Made by a program: the position numbers and the translations under genes
Notes under the pieces: generated by a model
The model's database searches: none
What the model saw: only the letters and a program-made list of their open reading frames with translations
Told to the model about the DNA's origin: nothing
Shown here: piece after piece, positions 13,590 to 24,392 of the stretch
How positions within the stretch are numbered: position 1 is the stretch's first letter
Layout of the letters: every line of letters begins with the position of its first letter
Assembly: GCF_033153115.1 (NCBI RefSeq)
Contig: NW_026889762.1
Location: forward strand, 5,788,496-5,852,495
Origin: Saccostrea echinata
Taxonomy: Eukaryota
Direction: 5' to 3'
Length of the DNA stretch: 64,000 bases

Positions 13590-13725
13590 GAAACGTCCCA
13601 GCGCGAAAGGTCTTTTGGGGCGAATGGTCTTGGTGCGAACCGTCAAATGGAGCGAAACGTCCTATTACCCGGTGGGTGCTCTACCAAGTGAGCTATCCAG
13701 GCTGATATCCACGGCCCAAACCATT
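13590..13725 (-). mobile_element. tRNA-related SINE-like fragment
   Basis: Minus strand reads ...cctggatagctcacttggtagagcac... (tRNA A-box-like TAGCTCANTTGGTAGAGC) followed about 55 nt later by ggttcgcacc (B-box-like). No clean cloverleaf. Confidence 0.3.
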
Positions 13726-15985
13726 ACATAACATTACCGACCAAACTGACTTAATTCAATTTTATAATTTTCAATCAGATAAACTTGTCCCCTTTTAAAC
13801 AACCTGTAATAGGCGGTTTTGTTTGGGGGGCTCAAAACGCCAGGGTACAAATTCAGGACGAGATGAAAATTCAAAAGAAGTTCCGATTGTTTTCGGAAAG
13901 CCTTGTACTTTTATATAAACAAGAAATCAATGAGGAAATATCCGTAAATAAACATTGACTAAATACATGTAACCGACAACTTGTCACACGACTTGTGTTC
14001 TAGCCTATGTAAGTATAGCAGTTTGCACGATTTTTGCAAAACCTTGTTTCTGCTGACAGTCCCTTTGACGAGTGCAAAAGTATTTTCTTCTGAAACCCCG
14101 TAAGTATAACACGGTCATGGAAACTTAATCTGTATACACCTGTAAAGCTGTATGCTTTACTTCCTTTTTCGACTGTTTACGTCGTCTTTATCATTTGCAC
14201 GGGTATATGCACAAAACAATAGCACTGTTCTTTTAAAGCTATTTCGTAAGAGATGGGGAATACCCCTTCCAATTTTTGAAGAAGAAAAAAAAAACTAGGA
14301 CCTTTACCAGTTTACATTTTTTTGCGCTTTTTATATGCATACATTTACGAGGTAAATCTTTTCACTTTTATTTATTATATGCTTAATGACAACCGTCATT
14401 GAATAATGTTTTTGTTTATTTATATTTATTTTTTTTTAATTTTAGACTCACAATCTAAGTGCTTTTGAAACACTGTACTTTTTGTAATTTGTAATACTGA
14501 AAAATAGGAATCGGTATTAACGGAACTAGCTGCAGATCTGTAGCTCACTGGTCCGAAAAAATTGGGATGGGCAACTATAAGTGAACTAGAAAGCTACAGG
14601 TCCATCCATGATTGAATAAAAAAAAAAGGACATATAAAATGAGCACACTTGGGGAGTAATATCTCCTGATGTTTAAACTGTCACCTCAAAATATTTAATA
14701 CCAAGCTTACATGTTCCTGTCAATCCCGACAAAATTTTTGGCTACTTCTAAGATAAAATGTACATTCATCTCAGCCCTAGCCCAAGCATGCCTTAGTGGG
14801 CATGAGATTGACAATAAAAATTTTGGCATATTTATAGCTGCCATTTTTGAATGGATGTATACCGTCAACAACCAAATTTTTACTGCTGTTTGTGCCAATG
14901 TAATTTTGTGGTTAACACCAACTTGTATTCAGTTTAGTGAACTGACATGCTGACAAAGTAATTGCTTATGGGGATGTAAATTTGTGGAAAAGGATTAACC
15001 ATAAAATCCATGAATATTGGTACTCAGGAACAATGACTGAGCAAATCAATAGTACCTTCATTGATAAGTGAATCAGATGTGTCTCAGTTGAAAAAATTGG
15101 TCAAAATGAAATGACTAAGTGCTAATAAAGAGTCATTGAAAGGGGGGTTGGGGATGCTGCATCTACATTAAGTGAATAATAGTGTGTCCAAGTACCTGTA
15201 GATTTTCTCTGCAGGGATGTCTTGCTCGTTCTCTATAGTACCATGGATGGACAGTCTATTGTCGTATAGCGTCAGTAAACAGCTTGTACAATGTCACAAA
15301 ATGTATGGTGGCTGAAATTTTTTGAAATATATAACCAGTGGCTGCTACATGTAAATTTTTAAATCACCAGAAATCTTCTTTATAATTACTATGCTTAATA
15401 ATTACTCGTAATACTCTCAGGGTATTTTAGGGGTCATAGAAGGCCTGTATTCTGCCCCATTCCCAAGGTAAAAAGTATGTGTTTTTCCCAATTTCATAAA
15501 AGAAAATTACCAAAACACAATTGAAACAAACAAAAATGGTAAAAAGGATTCCAAAATCAGTAACTTGTATATCAGGAGTGGTGTTCAAATAAAATGTAAA
15601 AGGCATACTCCAAAAACTGATTGACTGAATGTAAATTAAGTCAATAAATTCTTTGCAAATGAAAAAAACCCCAACCTTTTATTTGAATTTATTTAGAAAA
15701 GGTTAAATATGATATTATCCCTAATTTCAACCAAGTGTCACTATTTTTCCCAAATGGAAAGACCAAGGCCCTTGATTTTAAGACCTAAGAAAAAACCCTG
15801 ATACTGTAGCAATAAGATTGCATTTTAGATGCACTTTGCACAAGTCTGTCAAAAATTTACTTATTAATTATTTCTTCTAAACAATTTTGTAAGAAATTTG
15901 GTTTTAAGAAATTGTAACACTGAAAAAATGACATCAAAGTTTTGTCTTTATCACAGTTGAGGTGGGCGTGTTTACACTGATCATC

Positions 15986-16123
15986 ATGACAACAGAGGGA
16001 GTGTTTGCTGGTTGTCAGGTAGTCCTTGACCTCAGCACCAGTGTAGGTTTCAAGAAGAAACAGGAAGTCAGGAAAACCATCACAAACAATGGTGGAATTA
16101 TCTCGTACATTGTCACAAAAAAG
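15986..16123 (+). CDS. PARP4: PARP4-like exon 1 (start codon; BRCT domain N-part) MTTEGVFAGCQVVLDLSTSVGFKKKQEVRKTITNNGGIISYIVTKK
   Basis: Aligns with human PARP4 N-terminus MVMGIFANCIFCLKVKYLPQQQKKKLQTDIKENGGKFSFSL. Exon opens after acceptor at 15955-56; ATG at 15986; donor AAG|GTAAGA at 16124. Frame stays open upstream of the ATG, so a further 5' exon is possible. Confidence 0.7.
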
Positions 16124-16402
16124 GTAAGAAGCATATTTTTATAATTATTTAAATTAAAATTATTTTTTGCAAGGTTAAAATATCTACACTTGTAAAAGTG
16201 TTGAAGTGGTGTACAAAATTGACTGTTTTAAATGAAGCAGAAAGGTTTAAAAGTTTTTAAAATTCTCAAAAAGTACATGCATGTATTTTGCATATGAATT
16301 GGGTCATTAAGCGGCCCCATTTATAGACAACTGAGAGCCCTGATGAAGGGCCGCTATAAGCTAATAAGATTTACGCATTCTTAATGCCGACTTTTCTTAC
16401 AG

Positions 16403-16601
16403 AGTACCCATGTTGTGCTCAATGATCCAGAAAAAGCTGATGTCAGCTACAAATGTAAAATGGCTGAGAAGTTCCGAATCCCCGTGGTGTCCCTCGATTT
16501 TATTTTTGACTGTGTTGACCAGGGGAAGCAACTCAACACTGACAATTATCTCCTAGTGGGTAAAACGAAGGCCCAGGAATTCAGCAGCGGCAAAATTATG
16601 G
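16403..16601 (+). CDS. PARP4: PARP4-like exon 2 (BRCT domain) STHVVLNDPEKADVSYKCKMAEKFRIPVVSLDFIFDCVDQGKQLNTDNYLLVGKTKAQEFSSGKIMG
   Basis: Matches human THIILDNADVLSQYQLNSIQKNHVHIANPDFIWKSIREKRLLDVKNY. Acceptor ttttcttacAG at 16401-02; donor G|GTAAGG at 16602; ends phase 1. Confidence 0.85.
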
Positions 16602-18187
16602 GTAAGGATGAGAAAAAATAAAAATAGAATCTCAACAGCTGTTTGAGACTTTCTGCAGTATAAGGAAGGTTCGTCGGCCATTGTTTGGCTTTACATCACT
16701 TTGAGAATGCTGAGTCATCATTAATTAATTGTTGGTTGAGAGCTGTAAAATTTAGACCTATACATAGCATTTAATTATGAGGAAGGAATTCAAATAGGGA
16801 AGTTGTACAAAGACTGAAATGCTTTTAGAATTATATTTTTTGTGTCAGGTTCTTTCTTGTTCTAATTATTTATTCATGAACAAGTTCATTGATGATTATG
16901 AAAGTCGATCTGTTATGACATTTTAATTGATGATTAGTGCATTGCACATTAACAACATAAGCAACATTTACATAAACTTAAACATTTTTGATACATCTGT
17001 AAAGAACTTTTAAAAAACAAAGGTTATTGATTAGATGTTTATTTTACAAAATGAATTTTAATTTCTATATCAATGAATTAATTTCAAATTGGTAAAAAAA
17101 AAAGGATAACATCCATTTCGCAGCTAGGTTAAGGACTCCCACATATACGTCAGCCTATGCAGAGGTTTGGTAAAGTTATTATGACGTCACGTTAAAACAA
17201 TACAAATGAATCTCGATGAATAAATACCATATTTTCTTTTTAAAACACACTAAATACTTTCGTTTATCATAAATATTATAAAGATAAATGGATGTGCAAC
17301 CTATCTTCAAGTTGCCATAATAGCACTTAGCGTATATAGAATGAAAGCATGAAGCTTGATCTCGCTGTACTTACTGAGATGACGTCATTTCTTAGTTTGA
17401 CACGCAATTTCTCTGTACTTGAGGCGTGGATCAAGCTTTTATTGTAGCTTGTAGAAATGAAAATAAATACGAAACACGTGTAGTCGGACCAAAAGAGAGA
17501 AATATTCTGAAGTATATTAATCCACATTTTATTGTCAAATTAAATTGATAATGTGTAGACTTTATATAAAGCCGTAGGGAGCACATTTGTACAGTAACGT
17601 GCTAGAATGACAGGTCCAGCCCCTCGAAAATATCAAAAGTTCAACGATATCCGCTTCACTATAAATTCTGAATTTTTAAACACGTATAGCTATTATTCCT
17701 GCTATTCTGAAAAGTGCTGGGAGCTGGTTTGCATTGTTGATTTATTCCGTAATGTAACATTATTCCAATGCGAATTACATTTTTGACTGGAGTTTATAGA
17801 AAGACGGCTAAATTTTAAACAATTCCCGAGCATGAGGAAGTTGCTCCCGGCACTTTTCGTGTTAAGGAATTTGTCTCAAAGAAAACAGAACAAATCTTAT
17901 AGCCGAAAAATGCCCGTATATTGTTGAACTTTTATGACCTTTGTAGTAGTACATATATGTTCTAATTTTAAAACTGTCACGTGACAAACAGCTGATGTAA
18001 GCGATGTCGCTTTGGCTGAACTCAGCAGAGTCCCGATATATACAAGTGCAAACACCACAAATCACATTTATCAAAACTAATGCTGTTAAAAAAAATATTA
18101 AAATTGTATTCATTTTCCCTGAATATATTAAGGCGTATATTTCATGGGCGTCCTTAACCTAGCTGCGTTTTTTTTCTTTTTGAAAAG

Positions 18188-18336
18188 CTGGGAAATCTGG
18201 ACCTAAACCTGAGGGGAAAAAGAAGAAAACGGTGTCTAGTTTTAATCCAAAGTCGGTGAGAGTTTGGCAGGAGAGGGATAAGAACATGCCCCAGTTTGAT
18301 GACGGAAGTGAATTGGCCAAATTTGCCATGCTTCAG
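18188..18336 (+). CDS. PARP4: PARP4-like exon 3 (linker) AGKSGPKPEGKKKKTVSSFNPKSVRVWQERDKNMPQFDDGSELAKFAMLQ
   Basis: Phase-1 entry completes GCT. Poly-pyrimidine acceptor ...ttttctttttgaaaAG. Donor CAG|GTCGGT at 18337. Confidence 0.7.
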
Positions 18337-18564
18337 GTCGGTTATACACTATCGATCATGTCTTTGGTTAAAAAAAATTCCACTGTTGAATATTTTTATG
18401 GTACATTTAGCAAATTTTTAACAAGTACTAAACTGCAAAAAATTGAAAGATCTTTATATGTTTCTGATCATGTTTGATTGATACCAGAGAATTATTATTT
18501 TTAGACAAATTGATCAAAATTGTGAATAATCTAGGATCCTTACAGATATTTATCTGTTTTACAG

Positions 18565-18705
18565 AAATATGACAAGAAAACACAAATAACACAGTTCTGT
18601 GTGTTAGAGATTCATGCATCCAGAAGAGTTATTGCCCTTGACAACAAGGAACAGTCCCCTAGGTTCTGTATTTGCTCTCACCTTGGCAGTGTGCAGGAAG
18701 TACAG
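18565..18705 (+). CDS. PARP4: PARP4-like exon 4 KYDKKTQITQFCVLEIHASRRVIALDNKEQSPRFCICSHLGSVQEVQ
   Basis: Similar to human ...VVVELQCSRDSRDCPFLISSHFLLDDG. Acceptor tatctgttttacAG at 18563-64. Donor CAG|GTGTGT at 18706. An alternative acceptor at 18544-45 is not excluded. Confidence 0.65.
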
Positions 18706-18821
18706 GTGTGTTACATATGAAATAAATGAACATATTGAATGTGACAAAATATTACATTTGAATTTGGCCAATGGGAGACTTTTGGGTACATATATAATCA
18801 TGTATTTTCTTAATTTTCAAG

Positions 18822-18986
18822 GACAAGCCAGGTAGTGGCACTAGAGAGTTCCGTTTTGTACAGACATCGGAGGAAGCCCTGAGTGTGTTTAGTGCCCTCT
18901 ATAAACAGATGACAGAGTCCCCTAATGGCATGACCATCTGTCGGAAACCCCCATGTCAGAATATAGGATCAAAGAAATTCCAAAAG
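18822..18986 (+). CDS. PARP4: PARP4-like exon 5 DKPGSGTREFRFVQTSEEALSVFSALYKQMTESPNGMTICRKPPCQNIGSKKFQK
   Basis: Resembles human RRQFAIKKTSEDASEYFENYIEELKKQGF... Acceptor aattttcaAG at 18820-21; donor AAG|GTAGAG at 18987. Confidence 0.75.
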
Positions 18987-19255
18987 GTAGAGAGAAACAG
19001 GAGATATTGATACAGTATACAATATATCTTTTAACTTTATAGATTGTTACATCATTCCTAACCATATGCATATGATCATGTCATTTTACAAAAATATGAA
19101 ATACAGCTGACCTTATACATGTATGTAGTTGTGAAAATATCAAGCAAACAATTATTACTTTGAGAATGAATTTATTCAGAGTACTATTATGATTTCTAGT
19201 GTAAACTATGTGGTAAATTGAATCTTTGAATTAATTTTTCTTCCATAACATTCAG

Positions 19256-19393
19256 ATGATGGTGGAGTATGGTATGGAGGATACAGAGTTATCTACCCCT
19301 GTGAAGGAGTTGATGCATCACATCTGGCAGGAAGCTGGGGGCGAGATAGAGGAAATCTTAAGTAGCCCACTACAGTCACTGAAACTGGACCAG
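19256..19393 (+). CDS. PARP4: PARP4-like exon 6 MMVEYGMEDTELSTPVKELMHHIWQEAGGEIEEILSSPLQSLKLDQ
   Basis: Matches human LSQEVSDLVEMIWAEALGHLEHMLLKPVNRISLNDVSK. Acceptor cataacattcAG at 19254-55; donor CAG|GTCAGT at 19394. Confidence 0.85.
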
Positions 19394-20320
19394 GTCAGTA
19401 GGTTAGGTCACTGCTATACAGTTACTGAAACTGGACCAGGACAGTAGGTCACTACAATAAATGAAACTGGACCAGGTCAATAGGTCACTACAGTCACTGA
19501 AACTGGACCAGGTCAGTAGGTCACTACAATAAATGAAACTGGACCAGGTCAGTAGGTCACTACAATAAATGAAACTGGATGAGGTCAGTAGGTCACTACA
19601 GTCACTGAAACTGGACCAGGACAGTAGGTCACTACAATAAATGAAACTGGACCAGGTCAATAGGTCACTACAGTCACTGAAACTGGACCAGGTCAGTAGG
19701 TCACTACAAATGAAACTGGACTAGGTCAGTAGGTCACTACAGTCACTGAAACTGGACCAGGTCATTAGGTCACTACAATAAATGAAACTGGACCAGGTCA
19801 ATAGATCACTACAGTCACTGAAACTGGACCAGTTCAGTAGGTCACTACAATAAATGAAACTGGACCAGGTCAGTAGGTCACTACAATAAATGAATCTGGA
19901 CCAGGTAATTGGTCACTTCAGCCACTGAAATGGTATCAGGACAACATGTCACAGCAGTCACTGAAAATGGAATCAGGTGAATAGTTGCTACAATATTGAC
20001 ACTGGACCTGGTCAATACACTCTCTGAAAAATGAATAAGGTCAATAGGCCACTACAGTTGGTGAAACTGGACCAGGTCAAGAGGTCACTAAAGTTACAAG
20101 AAATGGACCAAGTAAGTGAGTCATACAGTCACCAGGAGGTTAGGTCACTATAGTCACTGGACCAGGTCAGTAGGTCACTACAGTCACTGGACCAGGTCAG
20201 TAGGTCACTACAGTCACTGGACCAGGTCAGTAGGTCACTACAGTCACGGGATCATGTCAGTAGGTACCATAAGTACTGAAACTGGACCACACCATTAGCT
20301 CCATACAGTCACTGAAACTG
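19372..20320. repeat. Intronic minisatellite of about 25 copies of a 36-bp unit (two alternating variants in a 180-bp higher-order period), derived from the exon 6 / intron 6 junction
   Basis: Unit tcactaca(gtcactg|ataaatg)aaactggaccag|gtcagtagg. Every unit repeats the last 14-17 nt of exon 6 plus the GTCAGT donor. Lines at 19441 and 19621 are identical (180-bp period). A degenerate 30-bp variant repeats four times at 20150-20260. Confidence 0.9.
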
Positions 20321-20519
20321 TGACAATAGATTTAGTGGTTATTTAATAGTACTCAGTTTCTGTAGTCTTGCAACAATTAGTCAAATATCACTTGACAAAG
20401 CAACAGATATTGTCATAAAGTAAATCTGACATCCCTATTTCTAATTTGAAAATGTTAGGTTAACTTTTCAAGAAATTCCACAGACCAGTTAAATGAAAAA
20501 TAAATGACGTTCATTGTAG

Positions 20520-20687
20520 GTGGAGAAGGCGACGGCCATTTTGTCAGAGATGAAGGAACACCAATCAGATGAGAGTAAGCTACAGAGTCTGTTTACAGAA
20601 TTCTACTCCACCCTCCTCCACAATCCCCAGCACAAGACAATGACCTTCACCATGTCGTGGCTGGCCAGAAAACTGGACCTTTGTCAG
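20520..20687 (+). CDS. PARP4: PARP4-like exon 7 VEKATAILSEMKEHQSDESKLQSLFTEFYSTLLHNPQHKTMTFTMSWLARKLDLCQ
   Basis: Strong match to human AEGILLLVKAALKNGETAEQLQKMMTEFYRLIPHKGTMPKEVNLGLLAKKADLCQ. Acceptor ttcattgtAG at 20518-19; donor CAG|GTACAA at 20688. Confidence 0.9.
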
Positions 20688-21538
20688 GTACAATTTTTAA
20701 TTCAAATTTAATGCTTGTTCTTGATATGGAATTTCATTGTTCCAATATTCTGACGTGGAAGTTATCGATGATTTTGTTCAATATGTAAGAAAAAGACAAC
20801 CATTTACTGTAGAAATTACTTCTGGATGCATGTTGTGAATTGATATGAAACTGATTTGCAGGAAATTTTAAGTATAAAAAATTGCATGGTATTCAGTTTA
20901 CTTGTATATTTTTTAAAGCTGACTTTTATGTTATTTAAGAACATTACATATTTCATTAAATTTATAGGCCAAGATTTAATATATAGATAGTATTAGAAAC
21001 TCACAATAAAACAAGCTAGACATGCAGGGATGCCTGCTAAAGTTTTTAGTCTTGCTAAAAAAGATCTTCTAGCCCGAGAAAATAACAGTGATCATGAGAC
21101 TGGGACCAGGACATCATAACTTTGATCCCAAATCAACTGACTGATGAATTTTGCCCCATGGCTTGTTATCCCCTTGCACTGGGGGGGGGGGGTATAGTTA
21201 TGCAATTGTTTGTGGGTATGTAATGTCCAGTGCAAAAATGGAAGTGACGTAATTTGTATCAAGATCGATGTTGAATGCTGCCTTGATTTATGGATATGCT
21301 CTTTGCAAGGGGATGCTCCACTTTGCAGTATCCTTGTTATACCTTGCTACAGGTGCTATCAGTTGATTAAAGACTGGCTTTTTAAAAAGTGTACATGTAT
21401 TTTGAATATTGGAAATTTTAAAACATCCAGCCTGGCATTGATAAATGCAAAAGTGTTCATCTATGGCAGTGCGTCTCGGGTTGTTAGATGCACTGTTATT
21501 CACACACTGATTTAGATGAATGAATTTTTGTCTTTTAG

Positions 21539-21687
21539 CTGATTAAGGATGTGGTGTCAGTAAGTGAAGGCACAGACTGGTCTACGCGGGGGAACACGGA
21601 GGCCCAGTATAAAGCCCTCCGATGTCAGATATCACACGTCCCCGGGGGTCTCCCAACACCAGTCAAAAATGTCCTCAATCTGAAAGA
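21539..21687 (+). CDS. PARP4: PARP4-like exon 8 LIKDVVSVSEGTDWSTRGNTEAQYKALRCQISHVPGGLPTPVKNVLNLK(D)
   Basis: Matches human LIRDMVNVCETNLSKPNPPSLAKYRALRCKIEHV. Acceptor tttgtcttttAG at 21537-38; donor GA|GTAAGT at 21688; ends phase 2. Confidence 0.9.
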
Positions 21688-22575
21688 GTAAGTACAAACC
21701 TGTGATATAAGTCAGATACAAGTATGCTGTTGAGTCTGATACAGACAGTCAAACATGTCTTTAATACATGTATTAAAGAGTTATATTAGAGGGGCTGCAT
21801 GGTTTCCTGTAACAATAACTAATTACTGGTTAGCTTTGAAAAACAAAAATATCATTCCATATATAATAAACAACATCTAATTTCCTTTGATATAAACTTT
21901 TATCCTTGAATAGTAATAAGAAAGTATCAAAAAGTAACCTAAAAAAATACCAATTACATGTACATGGATAAAGAATTTTGTGGGAATATGTTGAGTATCT
22001 AAAGCAGTTAAAAAAAAAAAAACATAATGTGCCATTACAAAGCACATTTTTAGAGTATTGGATAAATTGTGGCTGTTATATTGCATTCTGAAAATAGAGC
22101 TCAGGGATAATAATAGAACAACCAATAAAGTGAAATAATGTTTTTATAATCAAGAGCTTTCATTGAATCAACCAACAATCAACTGATTTTGGATTATAAG
22201 ATTAGAACAACACTACTAGGGAATTCATATTCAGTTGCATGAGTATGAATTATCAGATCCCAGATATCAATTATACCTGATGCTCTGCATGCCTAGGAAA
22301 TAATGGATATCTTAATATGAAAGTTTAAGAACTCACAGAAATTAGCTTTTAAATTTAGAAAATGTATAGAATTCAGATATCACTTGTACACTGGCTTAGT
22401 GGTCTGTCCTAGCTGAACAGAATATCAAAGGAAGTTAAAACATATCATGTTCAGATTTGATAAACACAGGGGCCTAATACATAAAGATATTGTTATCCAT
22501 GGTGAATAGGGGCTGATTTGTTGTACAGAAAACATCTTCATATTTCATGTACGTATTGCTTTCTCTTTATTTCAG

Positions 22576-22710
22576 TGAAGATAAGTTGAATGTTCAGAAT
22601 GTTTACGCCGTTCATCGTCCTGGAGAAAGTGAGGTGTTCCGGTCAGATTTGGATCATAGACTTCTCTTTCATGCATCCAATGTGGAGAATTTTGTTGGAA
22701 TTCTATCCAG
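22576..22710 (+). CDS. PARP4: PARP4-like exon 9 (PARP catalytic domain start; H of H-Y-E) (D)EDKLNVQNVYAVHRPGESEVFRSDLDHRLLFHASNVENFVGILS(R)
   Basis: Matches human ...LGNVRPLLHGSPVQNIVGILCRGLL. The conserved HGS motif reads HAS here. Acceptor ctctttatttcAG at 22574-75; donor AG|GTAATG at 22711. Confidence 0.9.
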
Positions 22711-22921
22711 GTAATGAATGCTAGGCATTACCTTTGATGCCAATTGATGCATTTTCATTTGTGTAATGTTGATGTATAACATCATTGTGATTGATAGACA
22801 TGGGATAGAGTGAGTCTGCCTGCCATTGATAAAATCATTCTAGATCTTTATTTTGCTTTATCAACAATTTAAACTTAAAAATGAGCCCAGTTATTGACTT
22901 TCTTGAATGGATGTTTAACAG

Positions 22922-23020
22922 AGGTCTCTTGATGCCAAAGGTCGTTGTCGATGACTACGGAGGGAAGAGAACAGACCCAGGAATGCTGGGAAATGGAATT
23001 TATTTTGCCAGTTCTGCCAG
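22922..23020 (+). CDS. PARP4: PARP4-like exon 10 (PARP catalytic) (R)GLLMPKVVVDDYGGKRTDPGMLGNGIYFASSA(R)
   Basis: Matches human RGLLLPKVVEDRGVQRTDVGNLGSGIYFSDSLS. Acceptor gtttaacAG at 22920-21; donor AG|GTCTGT at 23021. Confidence 0.9.
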
Positions 23021-23476
23021 GTCTGTCTATATATAAGTAATGACAACGTCAAATTTATTTAAAAACAAGACATTTTACTTGAAATGATGTATTTAAATTA
23101 AAACCTGTGTTACCTGAAATATTGTGAACAGGTTCAGATCGCAACATTATTATATTTTAATGAGTAAAAATTGAGAAGGCTTTGTTATAGACAGACAAAC
23201 ATAGAATTATAGGGGGAAAAAGGGGAATTTTTAAAATTTTTCACAGTGAAAGTGTATTATTGTTCCTTTTAATTGAAAACAATGAGAACTTGGAACAGTA
23301 AAACAGTAAAAGTTATATAAATTTATCTATTTGCAGTAATGTAGTCTAATGGTTAGACAGATCAACTGCCCAACTTTTGTAAAATAATTTTTTTTTTGTA
23401 CAGTATTAATAATAAAAAAGTGGATAATTATAATGTCTAATACAATTCAATATGTATGTTTTCATCCTTTGTCAAG

Positions 23477-23660
23477 CACAAGCATAAAATACTCAAAGCC
23501 AAGTAAAACCCGGAACACACGAATGATGCTAGTCAATCTGGTGGCACTGGGGAATACAATGGACGTCTACACGTATCAGAGGGACCTGACAGCTCCACCT
23601 AGTGGCTATGACAGTGTTCACGGAGTGGCAGCTTCTGAGGGTGTAGAATCAGACTTTAAG
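23477..23660 (+). CDS. PARP4: PARP4-like exon 11 (PARP catalytic) (S)TSIKYSKPSKTRNTRMMLVNLVALGNTMDVYTYQRDLTAPPSGYDSVHGVAASEGVESDFK
   Basis: Matches human STSIKYSHPGETDGTRLLLICDVALGKCMDLHEKDFSLTEAPPGYDSVHGVSQTASVTTDFE. Acceptor tcctttgtcaAG at 23475-76; donor AAG|GTGAGT at 23661. Confidence 0.9.
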
Positions 23661-24092
23661 GTGAGTTAATTGAGGAGATCTCCATCCCAAATTAATGTAC
23701 TTGAGAAGGGATAAGGATCCTGTTGTGAAGTAATTTTAGTATGTTTCTTGTAATGGAGTGATTGATGTTTCAAGGCATACACAAACAAGTGACAATGGTA
23801 ATTACAATAATGGTACATGTATAACCAAGAAAAAACAGACCCCCCCCCCCCCCAAAGACCCCCTCCCCCCAAACAGCCTAACCCACCCTAACATACCTAG
23901 AAAACATTTTATTGAAAATAGGATGAAGAAAAATAAAATGACAACCAGATATAGCTTGATATTAGGATTGTACAAGTCAATAGTAAGATGACTTCAATAT
24001 GAATATGCACACAATACTGTGAAACTCTGTGCTTGATCTACTGAACTTTGATACTGTGTTCCCCTTGAGTACATTTGTACCTTTTATGATAG

Positions 24093-24234
24093 GATGATGA
24101 GTATGTAGTGTACAATACAAACCAGCTGATGTTGAGTTATTTAGTGGAGTTTACCGTGGGAGGGGAGATACCAGACGAGCTGTCGATGGAGGAGGAGATA
24201 GAAAGGGAGACAACTGACTCAGACACTGATGTTG
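24093..24234 (+). CDS. PARP4: PARP4-like exon 12 (catalytic Glu; end of PARP domain) DDEYVVYNTNQLMLSYLVEFTVGGEIPDELSMEEEIERETTDSDTDV
   Basis: Matches human DDEFVVYKTNQVKMKYIIKFSMPGDQIKDF. Acceptor ccttttatgatAG at 24091-92; donor G|GTTAGT at 24235; ends phase 1. The alternative phase-0 donor gives an immediate stop in the next exon. Confidence 0.85.
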
Positions 24235-24392
24235 GTTAGTTCAATCATTTGAACTATAATTGTTATACTACGTGTATATTAATATACAGAATTTTAATAA
24301 ATATACTGTATGAAAATTTTAATTGTTTCTAAAGGAAAAGTAACTAGTGTATTTTGTATGTGACTGTCCTCATTCATAGAAATCTTTTGATT

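Noticed and set aside
13590-13725. A genuine tRNA gene
   Set aside because: A-box and B-box-like motifs are present but spacing and stems do not give a cloverleaf; kept only as a low-confidence SINE-like fragment.
18546-18564. Alternative upstream acceptor for exon 4 at 18544-45
   Set aside because: It would shift the phase by one; the 18563-64 acceptor has the better polypyrimidine tract and keeps phase 0 from exon 3.
19403-20298. ORFs reading through the 36-bp minisatellite (MTWSSFIYCSDLL... on minus, MSHTVTRRLGHYSHW... on plus)
   Set aside because: Low-complexity periodic translations of a tandem repeat; the frame is kept open only by repeat regularity.
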